A stretch of DNA of 64,000 nucleotides from an uncultured Thermus sp. Lineage in GTDB: Bacteria; Deinococcota; Deinococci; Deinococcales; Thermaceae. The translations under genes and the position numbers were made by a program. The stretch covers positions 70,329-134,328 of the forward strand of contig CAMTVD010000004.1 of the NCBI GenBank assembly GCA_947085095.1, given 5' to 3'. Within the stretch, counting starts at the first letter, position 1; every line of letters begins with the position of its first letter. The notes below the pieces were generated by a model. The model ran no database searches and was not told where the DNA came from. It saw nothing but the letters and a program-made list of their open reading frames with translations. Positions 49,861 through 59,889 of the stretch are shown here, in pieces.

Positions 49861-51363
49861 CTACACCCTTCCCGTGGCCTCGGCCATGGCCAGGAGGCGC
49901 TCCCCCTGCTCCGGGCCAAGCTGTCCCGGCAAGAGCCGCCAGGCCCAGTTGCCGGAAGGCCTCCCCGGGTAGTTCATGCGGGCCTCGGGGCCCAGGGCCA
50001 GGACATCCTGCACCGGGTACACCGCCAGCCTAGCCACGGACTTCATGCCGAGGGCCATAAGGGCCCAGGGCACCTCCTCCTCCCTCTGGAAGCCAAGGCC
50101 CCAGTCCGCCAAATACCTTTCCAGGAAGGCGCGCTCGTGGGGGGAGGCGGTGCGGTACCAGCCCAGGGTGGTGTCGTTGTCGTGGGTGCCCGTGTAGACC
50201 ACCACCCGGCCGTGAGCGGGGTAGTTGTGGGGGAGGAAGGGGTTTTCCAGGCCGTCGTCAAAGGCAAACTGCAACACCTTCATCCCCGGAAGCCCGAAGC
50301 CGTCCCGCAAGGCCTCCACCTCCGGGGTGATGACCCCGAGATCCTCCGCCAGGATGGGAACCTGGCCGAAGACCGCCTCTATGCGGGCGAAGAGCCTCTC
50401 CCCCGGGGCCTTGACCCAGCGGCCCTCCACCGCCGTGGGGCAGGTAGCGGGGATCTCCCAGTAGGCCTCAAATCCGCGAAAGTGGTCTATGCGCACCAGG
50501 TGGAAAAGCTCCAGGGCCTTGGCGAGGCGCGAAATCCAGAAGGCAAACCCCTCCTTCTCCAGCACGTCCCAGCGGTAGAGGGGGTTGCCCCAGCGCTGGC
50601 CCGTCTCCGAGAAGTAATCGGGGGGTACCCCGGCCACCACCAGGGGCCTTCCCTCCTCGTCCAGATAAAACCACTCGGGGTGAGCCCAGACCTCGGCGGA
50701 GTCCTCGGCCACGAAGATGGGCATATCCCCGATGATGGCAAGGCCCAGGGCCTCGGCCTCCTCCTTCAGGGCCCGCCAACCCGCAAAGAAGAGCCACTGG
50801 GTCCAGGCGTGAAAGGCCACCTCCTCCGCCAGCTCCGCTTGGGCCTTGGCCAGGGCCTTTTCCTCCCGCATGCGCAGGGGAAAGGGCCACCGGTTCCAGG
50901 GAAGCCCCCCCTGCTGGGTCTTTATGGCCATAAAGAGGGCATAATCGTTGAGCCACCAAGACTCTCTTTCCTGAAAGGCCTGGAAGGCTTCCCACTCCTC
51001 TGGGGAGGCCTTGGCCCTAAAACCTCGGAAGGCGGCCCTGAGAGCGGGCCACTTCCAGCGGTAAAGCCAGCCGTAGTCCACCCGCCCCTGGGGAAAGCCG
51101 GGGTCCTCCAGGACCAGATACCCCTTCTCCGCAAGTGGCCTGAGGTCCACCAGATAGGGGTTCCCGGCGAAGGCGCTGAAGGCCTGGTAGGGGGAGTCCC
51201 CATACCCCGTGGGGCCCAGGGGGAGAACCTGCCAGAATCGCCCCCCGGCCTCCCTCAGGAAGCGCAGGAAGTCCCGGGCCTCGGGGCCCATGACCCCGAT
51301 GCCGTGGGGCCCAGGAAGGCTGGTGGGGTGGAGGAGGAGGCCGAAGGAGCGGGGCAGTTCCAT
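49861..51363 (-). CDS. malQ: 4-alpha-glucanotransferase (amylomaltase, GH77)
   Basis: LLHPTSLPG, RIDHFRGF, AEDLG and YTGTHDNDT. Confidence 0.97.
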   Translation of the reverse strand: MELPRSFGLLLHPTSLPGPHGIGVMGPEARDFLRFLREAGGRFWQVLPLGPTGYGDSPYQAFSAFAGNPYLVDLRPLAEKGYLVLEDPGFPQGRVDYGWLYRWKWPALRAAFRGFRAKASPEEWEAFQAFQERESWWLNDYALFMAIKTQQGGLPWNRWPFPLRMREEKALAKAQAELAEEVAFHAWTQWLFFAGWRALKEEAEALGLAIIGDMPIFVAEDSAEVWAHPEWFYLDEEGRPLVVAGVPPDYFSETGQRWGNPLYRWDVLEKEGFAFWISRLAKALELFHLVRIDHFRGFEAYWEIPATCPTAVEGRWVKAPGERLFARIEAVFGQVPILAEDLGVITPEVEALRDGFGLPGMKVLQFAFDDGLENPFLPHNYPAHGRVVVYTGTHDNDTTLGWYRTASPHERAFLERYLADWGLGFQREEEVPWALMALGMKSVARLAVYPVQDVLALGPEARMNYPGRPSGNWAWRLLPGQLGPEQGERLLAMAEATGRV

Positions 51364-51415
51364 GCCCTAGAGTATACCCCTCGGGCTGGAAGAGCTTCCA
51401 GGGACAGGCGCCCTC

Positions 51416-52288
51416 CTAGCCCACCCTGTTCCCCTTCTCGTCGTAAAGGTAGAACCCTCGGCCCGTCTTCCGGCCCAGAAGCCCGGCTTGGACCATGCGG
51501 CGGAGGAGGGGGGAGGGCCGGTACTTGTCATCGCCGAAGCCCTTGTGGAGCACCTCCATGATGGCCAGACAGGTGTCCAGGCCGATGAAGTCGGCGAGCT
51601 CCAGGGGCCCCATGGGGTGGTTCATCCCCAGGCGCATGATCCCGTCAATGGCCTCCTTGCTGGCCACCCCCTCCCTCAGGGCCTCCACCGCCTCGTTGAT
51701 CATGGGCATGAGGAGGCGGTTGGAGACGAAGCCGGGGTAGTCCTGGACCTCGAGGGGGGTCTTCCCCATCCGCTTGGCCACCGCCACCACCGCATCCCGG
51801 GTGGCCTCTAGGGTGAGCTCCCCCCGGATCACCTCCACCAGCTGCATCAAGGGCACGGGGTTGAAGAAGTGCATGCCGATGAAGCGCTCGGGCCGCCCCG
51901 AGTAGCGCCCCAGGGCGGTGATGGGGATGGAGCTGGTGTTGGAAGCCAGGATGGCCCCGGGCTTGGCCAGGGCCCCGAGCTTCTCAAAGAGGGCCCGCTT
52001 GGCCCCCTCCTCCTCCACGATGGCCTCCACGATGAGGTCGGCCTCCTTGAGGGCCTCGAGGTCCAAGGCGGTGCGGATCCGCCCTAAGGTGGCCTCGTGG
52101 GCCTCCTGGCTGATGCGCCCCTTCTCCAGGAACTTGCCCAAGGAGCGGCGGATGGCCCCTAGGCCCCGCTCCAGGGCCTCCTGGGAGACGTCCAGGAGCA
52201 CCACCTCGTAGCCCGCCTGGGCCGCCACCTGGGCGATGCCGCTTCCCATCTGCCCCGCGCCCACCACGCCGATGGTCTTGATCTCCAT
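51416..52288 (-). CDS. hbd: 3-hydroxybutyryl-CoA dehydrogenase
   Basis: [20 protein letters not shown] and HPMGP. Confidence 0.9.
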   Translation of the reverse strand: MEIKTIGVVGAGQMGSGIAQVAAQAGYEVVLLDVSQEALERGLGAIRRSLGKFLEKGRISQEAHEATLGRIRTALDLEALKEADLIVEAIVEEEGAKRALFEKLGALAKPGAILASNTSSIPITALGRYSGRPERFIGMHFFNPVPLMQLVEVIRGELTLEATRDAVVAVAKRMGKTPLEVQDYPGFVSNRLLMPMINEAVEALREGVASKEAIDGIMRLGMNHPMGPLELADFIGLDTCLAIMEVLHKGFGDDKYRPSPLLRRMVQAGLLGRKTGRGFYLYDEKGNRVG

Positions 52289-52303
52289 AGGCCACCTCGG
52301 GGG

Positions 52304-53164
52304 CTATTTTACGCTCCGGAGGTTGACGAGGAGCACCCCGAGGAGGGCCAGCCCTCCGCCCAGAAAGGAGAGCGGGGAAGGCACCTCGGCAAGCCACAGG
52401 TAGGCGATGAGGATAGCCAGAACCGGGGAGAGGTAGAGGAAGGAGGAAAGCCTCGAGGCGGGGGTGCGAGAAAGGGCGTAGGTCCAGGTGAGGTAGGCCA
52501 GGGCCCCGGGGAAAACCCCCAGGTAAAGGGCGGAAAGGAGGGCGGGCCCAGGGGCCTTTAGGAGGGCCCCGGGAAGGCCGGGGAGGAAAACGAGGAGGGG
52601 CAGGGTGCCCAGGAGGAGGGTGTAGACGGTGACCTCCTCGCTCCGGTAGCGGGCGAAAAGGGGCTTTTGCAAGACGAAGTAGAAGGAGGTGGCGAGGGCG
52701 GAGAGGAGGATGAGGAAGGCCCCCGGGCTAAAAGCAAGCCCTCCCCCCTCGCCAAAGGCGATGAGGAAGGAGCCCAGAAGGGCCAGGGCGAAGCCCACGA
52801 CCCCCAAAGCCCCAAGCCTCTCCTTGAGGAGGAAGTGGGAGAGGATGGCGGTGAACACCGGCCCCGTGGCGATGAGGAGGCTCGCCGCCCCCGCGCTCAC
52901 GGTGAGCTGCCCAAAGACCAAGGCCACGTGGTAGACGGTGATGCCCAGAAGCCCGAGGAGGAAGAGCCTGGGCAGGTCCTCCCGCTTGGGGGGCCTAAGC
53001 CCCCGCACCCTGGCGTAAAGGAGGAGGATGGCGCCCGCCACCAGGAAGCGCAGGAGAACCAGATGCCCCGGGGAAAGGCCCATAAGCCCCGCCCGGATGG
53101 CGGCGAAGGCGCTGGCCCAAAGGAGGATGGTGACCAGGGCGGCGGTAAGAGCCCTAGGTTCCAT
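52304..53164 (-). CDS. DMT/EamA family transporter
   Basis: 10-TM two-repeat architecture with LWASAF and LRF motifs. Confidence 0.88.
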   Translation of the reverse strand: MEPRALTAALVTILLWASAFAAIRAGLMGLSPGHLVLLRFLVAGAILLLYARVRGLRPPKREDLPRLFLLGLLGITVYHVALVFGQLTVSAGAASLLIATGPVFTAILSHFLLKERLGALGVVGFALALLGSFLIAFGEGGGLAFSPGAFLILLSALATSFYFVLQKPLFARYRSEEVTVYTLLLGTLPLLVFLPGLPGALLKAPGPALLSALYLGVFPGALAYLTWTYALSRTPASRLSSFLYLSPVLAILIAYLWLAEVPSPLSFLGGGLALLGVLLVNLRSVK

Positions 53165-54374
53165 GGGGCAGGACCAGGTAGTAGAGACCCCGCTCCAAGA
53201 AGCCCTGTTCCAAAAGGGCGTTCACCTCCTTGGCGGTGACCCTCATCACCCCGGCCTTGACCTCCTCCAGGGAAAGGTACCGCCCGGTGTAGAGGTACTC
53301 CAGCCCCAGGTGGAAGAGCCGCCCCATGGGGGTCTCCCCCGCGAAGACCAGGCCGGTGGCCAGGGGGGTCTTGGCCTTCTCCACCTCCTCCTCCCGCACC
53401 CCCTCCCTCTGCAAGCGGGCAAGCTCCTCCCGCAAGGCCGAGAGGACCGCCTCCTTGTGGGCGGGGTCCGCCTGGACATAGGCGTGGAAGAAGCCCGCCC
53501 GGTCCGCCTCCTCGTGGCCGAAGGAGGCGGCCTCGGCGAGGCCAGCGTCCACTAGGGCGAAGTGGAGCCTCCCCGAGCCCTCCTCCCCCAGGAGGTGGGC
53601 CAGGACCTGGGCGGGGAAGCGGGCCTCCTCCCCGTGGGCGAAGCCGGGAAAGAGCCCCACCAGGTAAAGGGCCTTGGCCTTCTCGTAGGGGCTTTCCTCA
53701 AGGCCCGTGGCGGGGTCCAAGGGGGGGTAGCTCCTCGCCGCCTCTCCCAGGGGAAAACCCTCCGTGAGGCGTTCCGCCTCAGCCACCAGGCGTTCAAAGT
53801 CCACCCTCCCCGTGGCCGCCAGCACCATATTCCCCGCCAGGTAGCGCCGCCGGTGGTAGGCGGCCATCCCCTCCCGGGTGAGGGCCCTTATGCTTTCCTC
53901 CGTCCCCAGGACGCTGTTGCCCAGGGGGTGGTCCCGGAAGAAGCGCCTTCTCGCCCACTCGTAGGCCATGAAGCCCGGCCGGTCCTGGTAGCGGGCGATC
54001 TCCTCCAGGATCACCAGCTTCTCCGTGGCGAAGTCCTCCTCCCGTAAAGCGGGGCGCATCAGCCTGGAAAAGAGCTCCAGGAGGGGAAAGGCGAACTCGG
54101 GCAGGACCGCCCCGTAGTAGACCGTGGCCTCCTCCGAGGTGAAGGCGTTGTACTGGGCCCCTATACGGTCAAAGGCCAGGTTCACGGAGAGGGCATCCAT
54201 GCCCTCGGGGCCCTTGAAGACCATGTGCTCCAGGAAGTGGCTCACCCCGCTCTCCTCCGGGCGCTCGTCCCGGGCCCCGGTTTTCACGAAGTAGCCCAGG
54301 GCCACGCTCCTGGCCTCGGGAAGGACCTCGGCGATGACCCGGAGGCCGTTTTTCAAGACCGCTTCCCTAAACAT
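53154..54374 (-). CDS. M16 metallopeptidase, catalytic subunit
   Basis: HFLEH (HxxEH), NAFTS and EKLVILEE. Confidence 0.92.
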   Translation of the reverse strand: MFREAVLKNGLRVIAEVLPEARSVALGYFVKTGARDERPEESGVSHFLEHMVFKGPEGMDALSVNLAFDRIGAQYNAFTSEEATVYYGAVLPEFAFPLLELFSRLMRPALREEDFATEKLVILEEIARYQDRPGFMAYEWARRRFFRDHPLGNSVLGTEESIRALTREGMAAYHRRRYLAGNMVLAATGRVDFERLVAEAERLTEGFPLGEAARSYPPLDPATGLEESPYEKAKALYLVGLFPGFAHGEEARFPAQVLAHLLGEEGSGRLHFALVDAGLAEAASFGHEEADRAGFFHAYVQADPAHKEAVLSALREELARLQREGVREEEVEKAKTPLATGLVFAGETPMGRLFHLGLEYLYTGRYLSLEEVKAGVMRVTAKEVNALLEQGFLERGLYYLVLPHGT

Positions 54375-55578
54375 CCTCCACCTCCCCCAAAAGCCCCACC
54401 CAGGGGTCCCGGTAGGGATGGGCCCTTAGGAAGGCGTTGACCTCCGCCAAGGGGGTGCCCTGGATGGCCGCCTCTATCTCCGAAAGCGGGCGCACCCGGC
54501 CCAGCATGTAGAGGTCCCGGGCCATGGAGGAGGCCCTGGCCCTGATGGACTCGTCCCCCATGATGAGGGCGGTCTTCAGGCCCACCCTGGCCCGGGCAAG
54601 CTCCTCCTCCGTAACCCCTTCCGCAAGCCGTTCCATCTCCTGGAGCATCACCGCTAAGGTCTCCTTTGCCCTCTCCCTGGTGGTCCCGGCGTAGGCCATG
54701 AGGAGGCCCTGGCCCTTGACGGAGGCGGGGAAGGCGGAGACGGCGTAGACCAGGCCCCGCTTCTCCCGGACCTCGGTGAAAAGGCGGCTAGACATTCCCC
54801 CGGAGAGGACCTCGAGGGCCAGCCTCCCCGCGTAGAACCCGGGGTCCCCGGGGCCCACGTCGGGGTAGGCCAGGCCGATCTGCACCTGGGCGGTGGAGCG
54901 CTTGAGGGCGAAGCGCTCCGGGGAGGAAAGGAGGGGCGGGGGATAGAAGGCCTCCTCCCCTTCCCAAAGGGCCAGGGGCTCCAGGGCCCCAAGGAGCCTC
55001 TCCCAGGAAACCCCTCCGGCCACGGCCAGGATGGCCCCCTTGGGAGTGTACCGCCTCCCAAAGTCCTCCTTAAGGGCCTTGGGCGTGGCCCGCTTCAGGT
55101 CCTCCTCCCGCCCCAGGGGGTCGCGGCCGTGGGGGGAAAGGAAGACCCGCCTCCGGAGCTCGGAAAAGAGCTTCCTGGCGGGCTGGTCCTCCTGGGAGAG
55201 CAGGGCCTGCAGGGCCACGGAGCGCACCGCCTCAAACCCCTCTTCCGGAAGCCTGGGCCCGGTGAGGAGGAGGGCGTAGAGGCGGAGGACCTCCTCCAGG
55301 ACCTCGGGGAGGAAGCTGGCGGCGAAGGCGGTGTACTCCAGGCCAGCCCCGCTCGTCCGCCTCACCCCCAAAGCGTCCAGGGCCTGGGCCAGGCCCCGGG
55401 CGTCCAGATCTCCCGCCCCCTTCCAAAGCCACCCCTCCAGGAGGGTGCTGGCCCCTTCCAGCCCCTCGGGGTCGTTCACCGCCCCCACGGGCAGGAGGAG
55501 CTGGAAGGCCACCCCGGGGAAGTCCCGCTCCTCCAGGGCCACCGTGAGGCCATTCGGCAATCGCTCCACGCGGCTCAC
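54367..55578 (-). CDS. M16 peptidase-like non-catalytic partner subunit
   Basis: HxxEH is replaced by TLLEG. SSRLFTEVREKRGLVY retained. Confidence 0.88.
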   Translation of the reverse strand: MSRVERLPNGLTVALEERDFPGVAFQLLLPVGAVNDPEGLEGASTLLEGWLWKGAGDLDARGLAQALDALGVRRTSGAGLEYTAFAASFLPEVLEEVLRLYALLLTGPRLPEEGFEAVRSVALQALLSQEDQPARKLFSELRRRVFLSPHGRDPLGREEDLKRATPKALKEDFGRRYTPKGAILAVAGGVSWERLLGALEPLALWEGEEAFYPPPLLSSPERFALKRSTAQVQIGLAYPDVGPGDPGFYAGRLALEVLSGGMSSRLFTEVREKRGLVYAVSAFPASVKGQGLLMAYAGTTRERAKETLAVMLQEMERLAEGVTEEELARARVGLKTALIMGDESIRARASSMARDLYMLGRVRPLSEIEAAIQGTPLAEVNAFLRAHPYRDPWVGLLGEVEDV

Positions 55579-55602
55579 AGGGCTAAGGGTATCATGGGGA
55601 GC

Positions 55603-57903
55603 GTGAGGGAAGGGGAACTTCGGGAAAGGCTCAGGAGGCCCATCCTCCGGGAGCTCCAGGACGGAGCCCAGGACCGGGTGGTGGTGGGGGGCCTCGAGGG
55701 CCTGGTCCGCAACCTGGCCCGCCCCTTCCCCGAACTCCTGGACCTGTTCCAGGGCTACGGGGAGAAGGACCCCGAGGAGCGGAAAAGGGTCCTGGAAGAG
55801 GCCTTGCGCCTCCTCGGCGACGGCGCTCCCAAAGCCCCGTCCCCAGCCCTCGAGGCCCGGGGCCGCCTAAAGCCCCAAGACCCCGCCCACCTCCTCGCCC
55901 CGCCACAAAGCCGCAAAAAGCTCGGCGAACTGGGCCTTCGCACCGTGCGGGACGTGCTCCAGTACTATCCACGCCGCTACGAGGACCGGAGGGCCCTCCC
56001 CGGGGTGCGCTACCTGGAGGACGGGCAGAAGGCCACCCTGGCGGTCAAGGTCCTCGCCAAGGAGCTCATCAAAACCCCCAGAAAGGGGATGCAGCTGGTC
56101 CAGGTAAAGGCCATGGACGCCTGGGGGTGGCGGCTCACCCTGGTCTGGTTCAACCAGCCCTGGGTCCTCTCCCAGATTGAGGAGGGGGCCAGCCTGATCG
56201 CCACCGGAAGGGTGCAGCGGCGAAATGGGGTGCAGCTTTTGGTGGAGCACTTTGAGGACGAGGGCAGCGAGTCCCTCTCCACCGGGAGGATCGTGCCCAT
56301 CTACCCCGCCAAGGAAGGCATCGGCCAGGCCTTCCTGAGGCGCACCGTCCACCGGGCCCTGGAGATGGCCCTGCCCCTCCCCGATCCCCTGGGCCCCTAC
56401 CGGGAAGGGCTGGGCCTCGTCCCCTATGCCGAAGCCCTAAAGGCCATCCACTTCCCCGAGGACGAGGAGGCCCTCAAGAAGGCCCTCCTCCGCCTCAAGT
56501 TTGACGAGTACCTGCTTCTGGAACTCAAGGCCCTCCTGGACGCGGGCGGGCTGGTCCTGGGGCGGGCCTTCCGGGTGGAGGCGGACTGGGTGGATGCCTT
56601 CCAAAAGACCCTCCCCTTTCCCCTCACCCAGGCGCAAATGCGGGTCATGGGGGAAATCGCCCAGGACATGCAAAACCCCAGGCAGATGGCCCGCCTCCTC
56701 CAGGGGGACGTGGGCTCGGGGAAGACGGTGGTGGCGGCCTTCGCCCTCTTTCTCGCCGCCAAGAACGGGGCCCAGGGGGCCCTCATGGCCCCCACGGAGA
56801 TCCTGGCCCAGCAGCACCACCAGAACCTCACCCGCTACCTCTTCCCCTTGGGAGTGAGCGTGGAGCTCCTTCTGGGCTCCATGCCCTCCCGGGAAAAGGA
56901 GGCCGCCCTGGCCCGCCTCAGGAGCGGGGAGGCCCAGGTGGCCGTGGGCACCCACGCCCTCATCCAGGAGGGGGTGGGGTTCCGGGACCTGGGCCTCGTG
57001 GTGGTGGACGAGGAGCACCGCTTCGGGGTCCTGCAGCGGCGGGCCCTCCTTAGGCTGGCCCAAGTCCCTCCCGATGTCCTGGTCATGTCCGCCACCCCCA
57101 TCCCCCGCTCCCTGGCCCTCACCCTCTACGGGGACCTCGAGGTGAGCGCTCTGGACGAGATGCCCCCAGGCCGCACCCCGGTGAAGACCAGGGTCCTCCC
57201 CCACCGCCTCCGCCTCCAGGCCTACGCCTTCGCCCGGGAGGAGATCAAAAAAGGGCACCAGGTCTTCGTGGTGGCCCCAGCCATTGAGGAGTCGGAGCTG
57301 GACCTGAAGGCGGCCACCGCCCTCCACGAGGAACTGAAAGGCCTCCTCCCCGAGGCCAGGATCGCCCTCCTCCACGGCAAAATGCCCCCCCGGGAGAAGG
57401 AGGCGGTCATGGAGGCCTTCCGCCGGGGGGCCTACGACCTCCTGGTCTCCACCACGGTCATAGAGGTGGGGGTGGACATCCCCAAGGCCACCCTGATCAT
57501 CGTGGAGAACGCCGAGCGCTTCGGCCTGGCCCAGCTCCACCAGCTCCGGGGCCGGGTGGGGCGGGGAGGGCTAGAGGGCTACGCCATCTTCCTGGCGGGG
57601 GAGGCCAGCCAGAAGACCATGAAGCGGCTCAGGGTCCTCGAGGCCTCCACCGACGGCTTTTACATCGCCGAGATGGACCTGAAGCTGAGGGGCCCCGGGG
57701 AGCTCAGGGGCACCCGGCAGTCGGGCTACCCCGAGCTCCGGCTTGGCGACCTGGCCGAGGACACCGAGGTCATAGAAAGGGCCCGGGCCCTGGCCAAGGC
57801 CATCGTGGAGAAGGACCCCACCCTGGACCTCCCCGAGCACCAGGCCCTCAAGGAGGAGCTCAGGGCCCAGGCGGAACGCATCGGCTTCCGGGAGGTCATC
57901 TGA
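55603..57903 (+). CDS. recG: ATP-dependent DNA helicase RecG
   Basis: QGDVGSGKT, DEEH, SATPIPR, QLRGRVGR and RGPGE. GTG 55603 follows TATCAT; ATG 55594 is an alternative start. Confidence 0.96.
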   Translation: MREGELRERLRRPILRELQDGAQDRVVVGGLEGLVRNLARPFPELLDLFQGYGEKDPEERKRVLEEALRLLGDGAPKAPSPALEARGRLKPQDPAHLLAPPQSRKKLGELGLRTVRDVLQYYPRRYEDRRALPGVRYLEDGQKATLAVKVLAKELIKTPRKGMQLVQVKAMDAWGWRLTLVWFNQPWVLSQIEEGASLIATGRVQRRNGVQLLVEHFEDEGSESLSTGRIVPIYPAKEGIGQAFLRRTVHRALEMALPLPDPLGPYREGLGLVPYAEALKAIHFPEDEEALKKALLRLKFDEYLLLELKALLDAGGLVLGRAFRVEADWVDAFQKTLPFPLTQAQMRVMGEIAQDMQNPRQMARLLQGDVGSGKTVVAAFALFLAAKNGAQGALMAPTEILAQQHHQNLTRYLFPLGVSVELLLGSMPSREKEAALARLRSGEAQVAVGTHALIQEGVGFRDLGLVVVDEEHRFGVLQRRALLRLAQVPPDVLVMSATPIPRSLALTLYGDLEVSALDEMPPGRTPVKTRVLPHRLRLQAYAFAREEIKKGHQVFVVAPAIEESELDLKAATALHEELKGLLPEARIALLHGKMPPREKEAVMEAFRRGAYDLLVSTTVIEVGVDIPKATLIIVENAERFGLAQLHQLRGRVGRGGLEGYAIFLAGEASQKTMKRLRVLEASTDGFYIAEMDLKLRGPGELRGTRQSGYPELRLGDLAEDTEVIERARALAKAIVEKDPTLDLPEHQALKEELRAQAERIGFREVI

Positions 57904-57945
57904 GGCCGCCCCCGCCATGAACCCTTGTGATCCGCGAAAGGCCCC

Positions 57946-58725
57946 ATGATGCAGGTCCTCCCCCACTCCCTCCTCCCCGCCTTCTTCTCCCCCGGAGGGG
58001 CCTCGAGGGCCAAGGCTCTCCAGGACTACCTCCTTTCCCTCACCCCCGCCTACACCCCCTACGCCCCCCTCCCGGTGGTGCGCCTCTTCCTCCTCTCCGA
58101 GAAGGACTGGCGGGCAAGGCTCCCCTACCCCTATGGCCTCCCCTTCCAGCACGCAGGCCCGGAGGGCCTGGCCCTCTACGCCCCCCTCACCTACCCGGAG
58201 AGGCTTCTCCACCGCCTCAGGGAAGCCCTTCTTCCCCTGGGACCTCCCCCTGGGGAACTCCCCGCCTTCCTGGACCTCAACCTGGGCCACGAGTACGCCC
58301 ACGCCCTGCAGGTGGCCTGGGGGCTCCGCACGAGGGCGAGGTGGCTGGACGAGTTCCTGGCCAACTACCTCTTCCTCCTGGGGCTTAGGGAAAAGCGCCC
58401 CAAGCTGGCCCGGGACCTCCTCGGCTGGAGCCAGTACCTGGCCCGCCTGAACCCCGAGAAAAAGAGCCTCTCCCTCTACGAAAGAAGAAGGGGCAACCTG
58501 GAAAGCGCCCTCTGGTTCCAGGCCCACTTCACCCTGAAGGCCTGGGAGATCCTGGAAAAGGACGGGGACCGCCTCCTGAAAAGCTTTCTGGCGGCGGCCC
58601 CCCTGGACCGCAGGAAAGGCCACCGCCTTCTTTTAGAGCTCTACCCGGATCTGAAGACCTGGTTCGCCGCCTTCGGCCTCAAGGCCGCACCCTGGGAGGC
58701 GTCTTCCCCTCGGCCAGAGACCTGA
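57946..58725 (+). CDS. Hypothetical zincin-like protein (HExxH)
   Basis: LGHEYAHALQ followed by WLDEFLANY. Confidence 0.65.
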   Translation: MMQVLPHSLLPAFFSPGGASRAKALQDYLLSLTPAYTPYAPLPVVRLFLLSEKDWRARLPYPYGLPFQHAGPEGLALYAPLTYPERLLHRLREALLPLGPPPGELPAFLDLNLGHEYAHALQVAWGLRTRARWLDEFLANYLFLLGLREKRPKLARDLLGWSQYLARLNPEKKSLSLYERRRGNLESALWFQAHFTLKAWEILEKDGDRLLKSFLAAAPLDRRKGHRLLLELYPDLKTWFAAFGLKAAPWEASSPRPET

Positions 58726-59668
58726 GCCAGTCCAGGAAGCTCACCTCCCCCACCCTCAGGGTGTAGAGCTCGGGCCGGGGGAGGATGCAGTGCTGGCTCC
58801 CCGGGGCCAGGTAGAAGGCGTAGTTCCCCACCTGGGCCGGGGCGAGGACCGCCTCCTGGGCCCTCAGGGCCCACTCCCGGGCCGTGGCCTCGGAGGGGGA
58901 CCTCTCCCCCTTCATGAGGCCGTAGAAGAAGATCTGGGTGCCGTCCAGGACCGTGGTGTACTGGGAAAAGACCGCCTTGGGGTAGGCCCTGGCCAGGGCC
59001 AGGTAGACCTCGGAAACCCTGGGCCTATCGGAAAGCCCGGGGACCTCGGGGAAGCGGGGGTTCCAGCGGGTGTAGCCGGGGAAGTTATCCGTGGAAACCC
59101 CCACCCCAGCATCCCCGCAGACGGCCACCTGGGCGTTTTTGTAGGTGGAAAGGACCTTATCCGCCCAGAAGATGGCCCCGTAGGCCCCGGCGCTGCACCC
59201 GGTGACGAAGACCCGCTCCGCCTGGGTATGGTTGCGGAATACGTACTCCAGGGCCGCCAGGGCGTTCCTGGCCCCCTGGTGGTGCACCTTGAAGCCGCCG
59301 TAGTCCACGGTGGCCCGGCCCACGTGCAGGTCCCCGGTGCAGTAGGGCACGAAGACGTGGGTCCAGCCGAAGAAGGGGTTGGCCACGCTCGCGCGGTTGT
59401 AGATGCCCTGGGCCAGGAGGAGCTCCTGCACGTCCACCCGCTTGCGGTAGGTCTGGCTTTGGGGACCGCAGGTGGCGGCGTCCCAGCAGGCCCCGCCTCC
59501 CTGAAAGTCTAGCACCACCTTCTTGGGGTCCCCGGGGCTCACGTAAAAGCGGTAGGGGGAGCCGTCCGAGCAGACCCCACCCGGCACCTCCACGGCCTTC
59601 CAGAACGTCTCCAGACCCTGGGCCACGGCCAGGGCAAGCACCACCGCCAAGGCAATAAGCCGCTTCAT
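58679..59668 (-). CDS. Secreted pectin-acetylesterase/Notum-family hydrolase
   Basis: Signal peptide, CSDGS, FQGGGACW, VPYCTGDLH, GCSAG nucleophile and a C-terminal HC. Confidence 0.85.
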   Translation of the reverse strand: MKRLIALAVVLALAVAQGLETFWKAVEVPGGVCSDGSPYRFYVSPGDPKKVVLDFQGGGACWDAATCGPQSQTYRKRVDVQELLLAQGIYNRASVANPFFGWTHVFVPYCTGDLHVGRATVDYGGFKVHHQGARNALAALEYVFRNHTQAERVFVTGCSAGAYGAIFWADKVLSTYKNAQVAVCGDAGVGVSTDNFPGYTRWNPRFPEVPGLSDRPRVSEVYLALARAYPKAVFSQYTTVLDGTQIFFYGLMKGERSPSEATAREWALRAQEAVLAPAQVGNYAFYLAPGSQHCILPRPELYTLRVGEVSFLDWLRSLAEGKTPPRVRP

Positions 59669-59687
59669 CCTTTCACCTCCAAGGGGC

Positions 59688-59716
59688 ATTCTATAGGCAT
59701 TCTTGCACCCGGTCAA
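59688..59716 (-). promoter_or_regulatory. Promoter of the esterase gene
   Basis: TTGACC (59711-59716), 17 bp spacer, TAGAAT (59688-59693). SD GGAGGTGA downstream. Confidence 0.7.
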
Positions 59717-59889
59717 GGAAAGCGGCGAACCCCCTCCCCCAGAACGGGGAAGAGGAGGGTCATGTTGGGCAGAAAGCGAAGGCGTCCCCCCCTTCCCCCG
59801 GAGGGAGCAGGAGCAGGCAGGCAATGGAAGTAAGCGCAGAAACTGGAAGAAATGCGGTGTACAGAGGGCTAACGCCCCTTGAGTCCTCT

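Noticed and set aside
53154..55578. M16 gene lacking HxxEH as a pseudogene
   Set aside because: The ORF is intact, and active/inactive M16 heterodimer pairs are a known arrangement.
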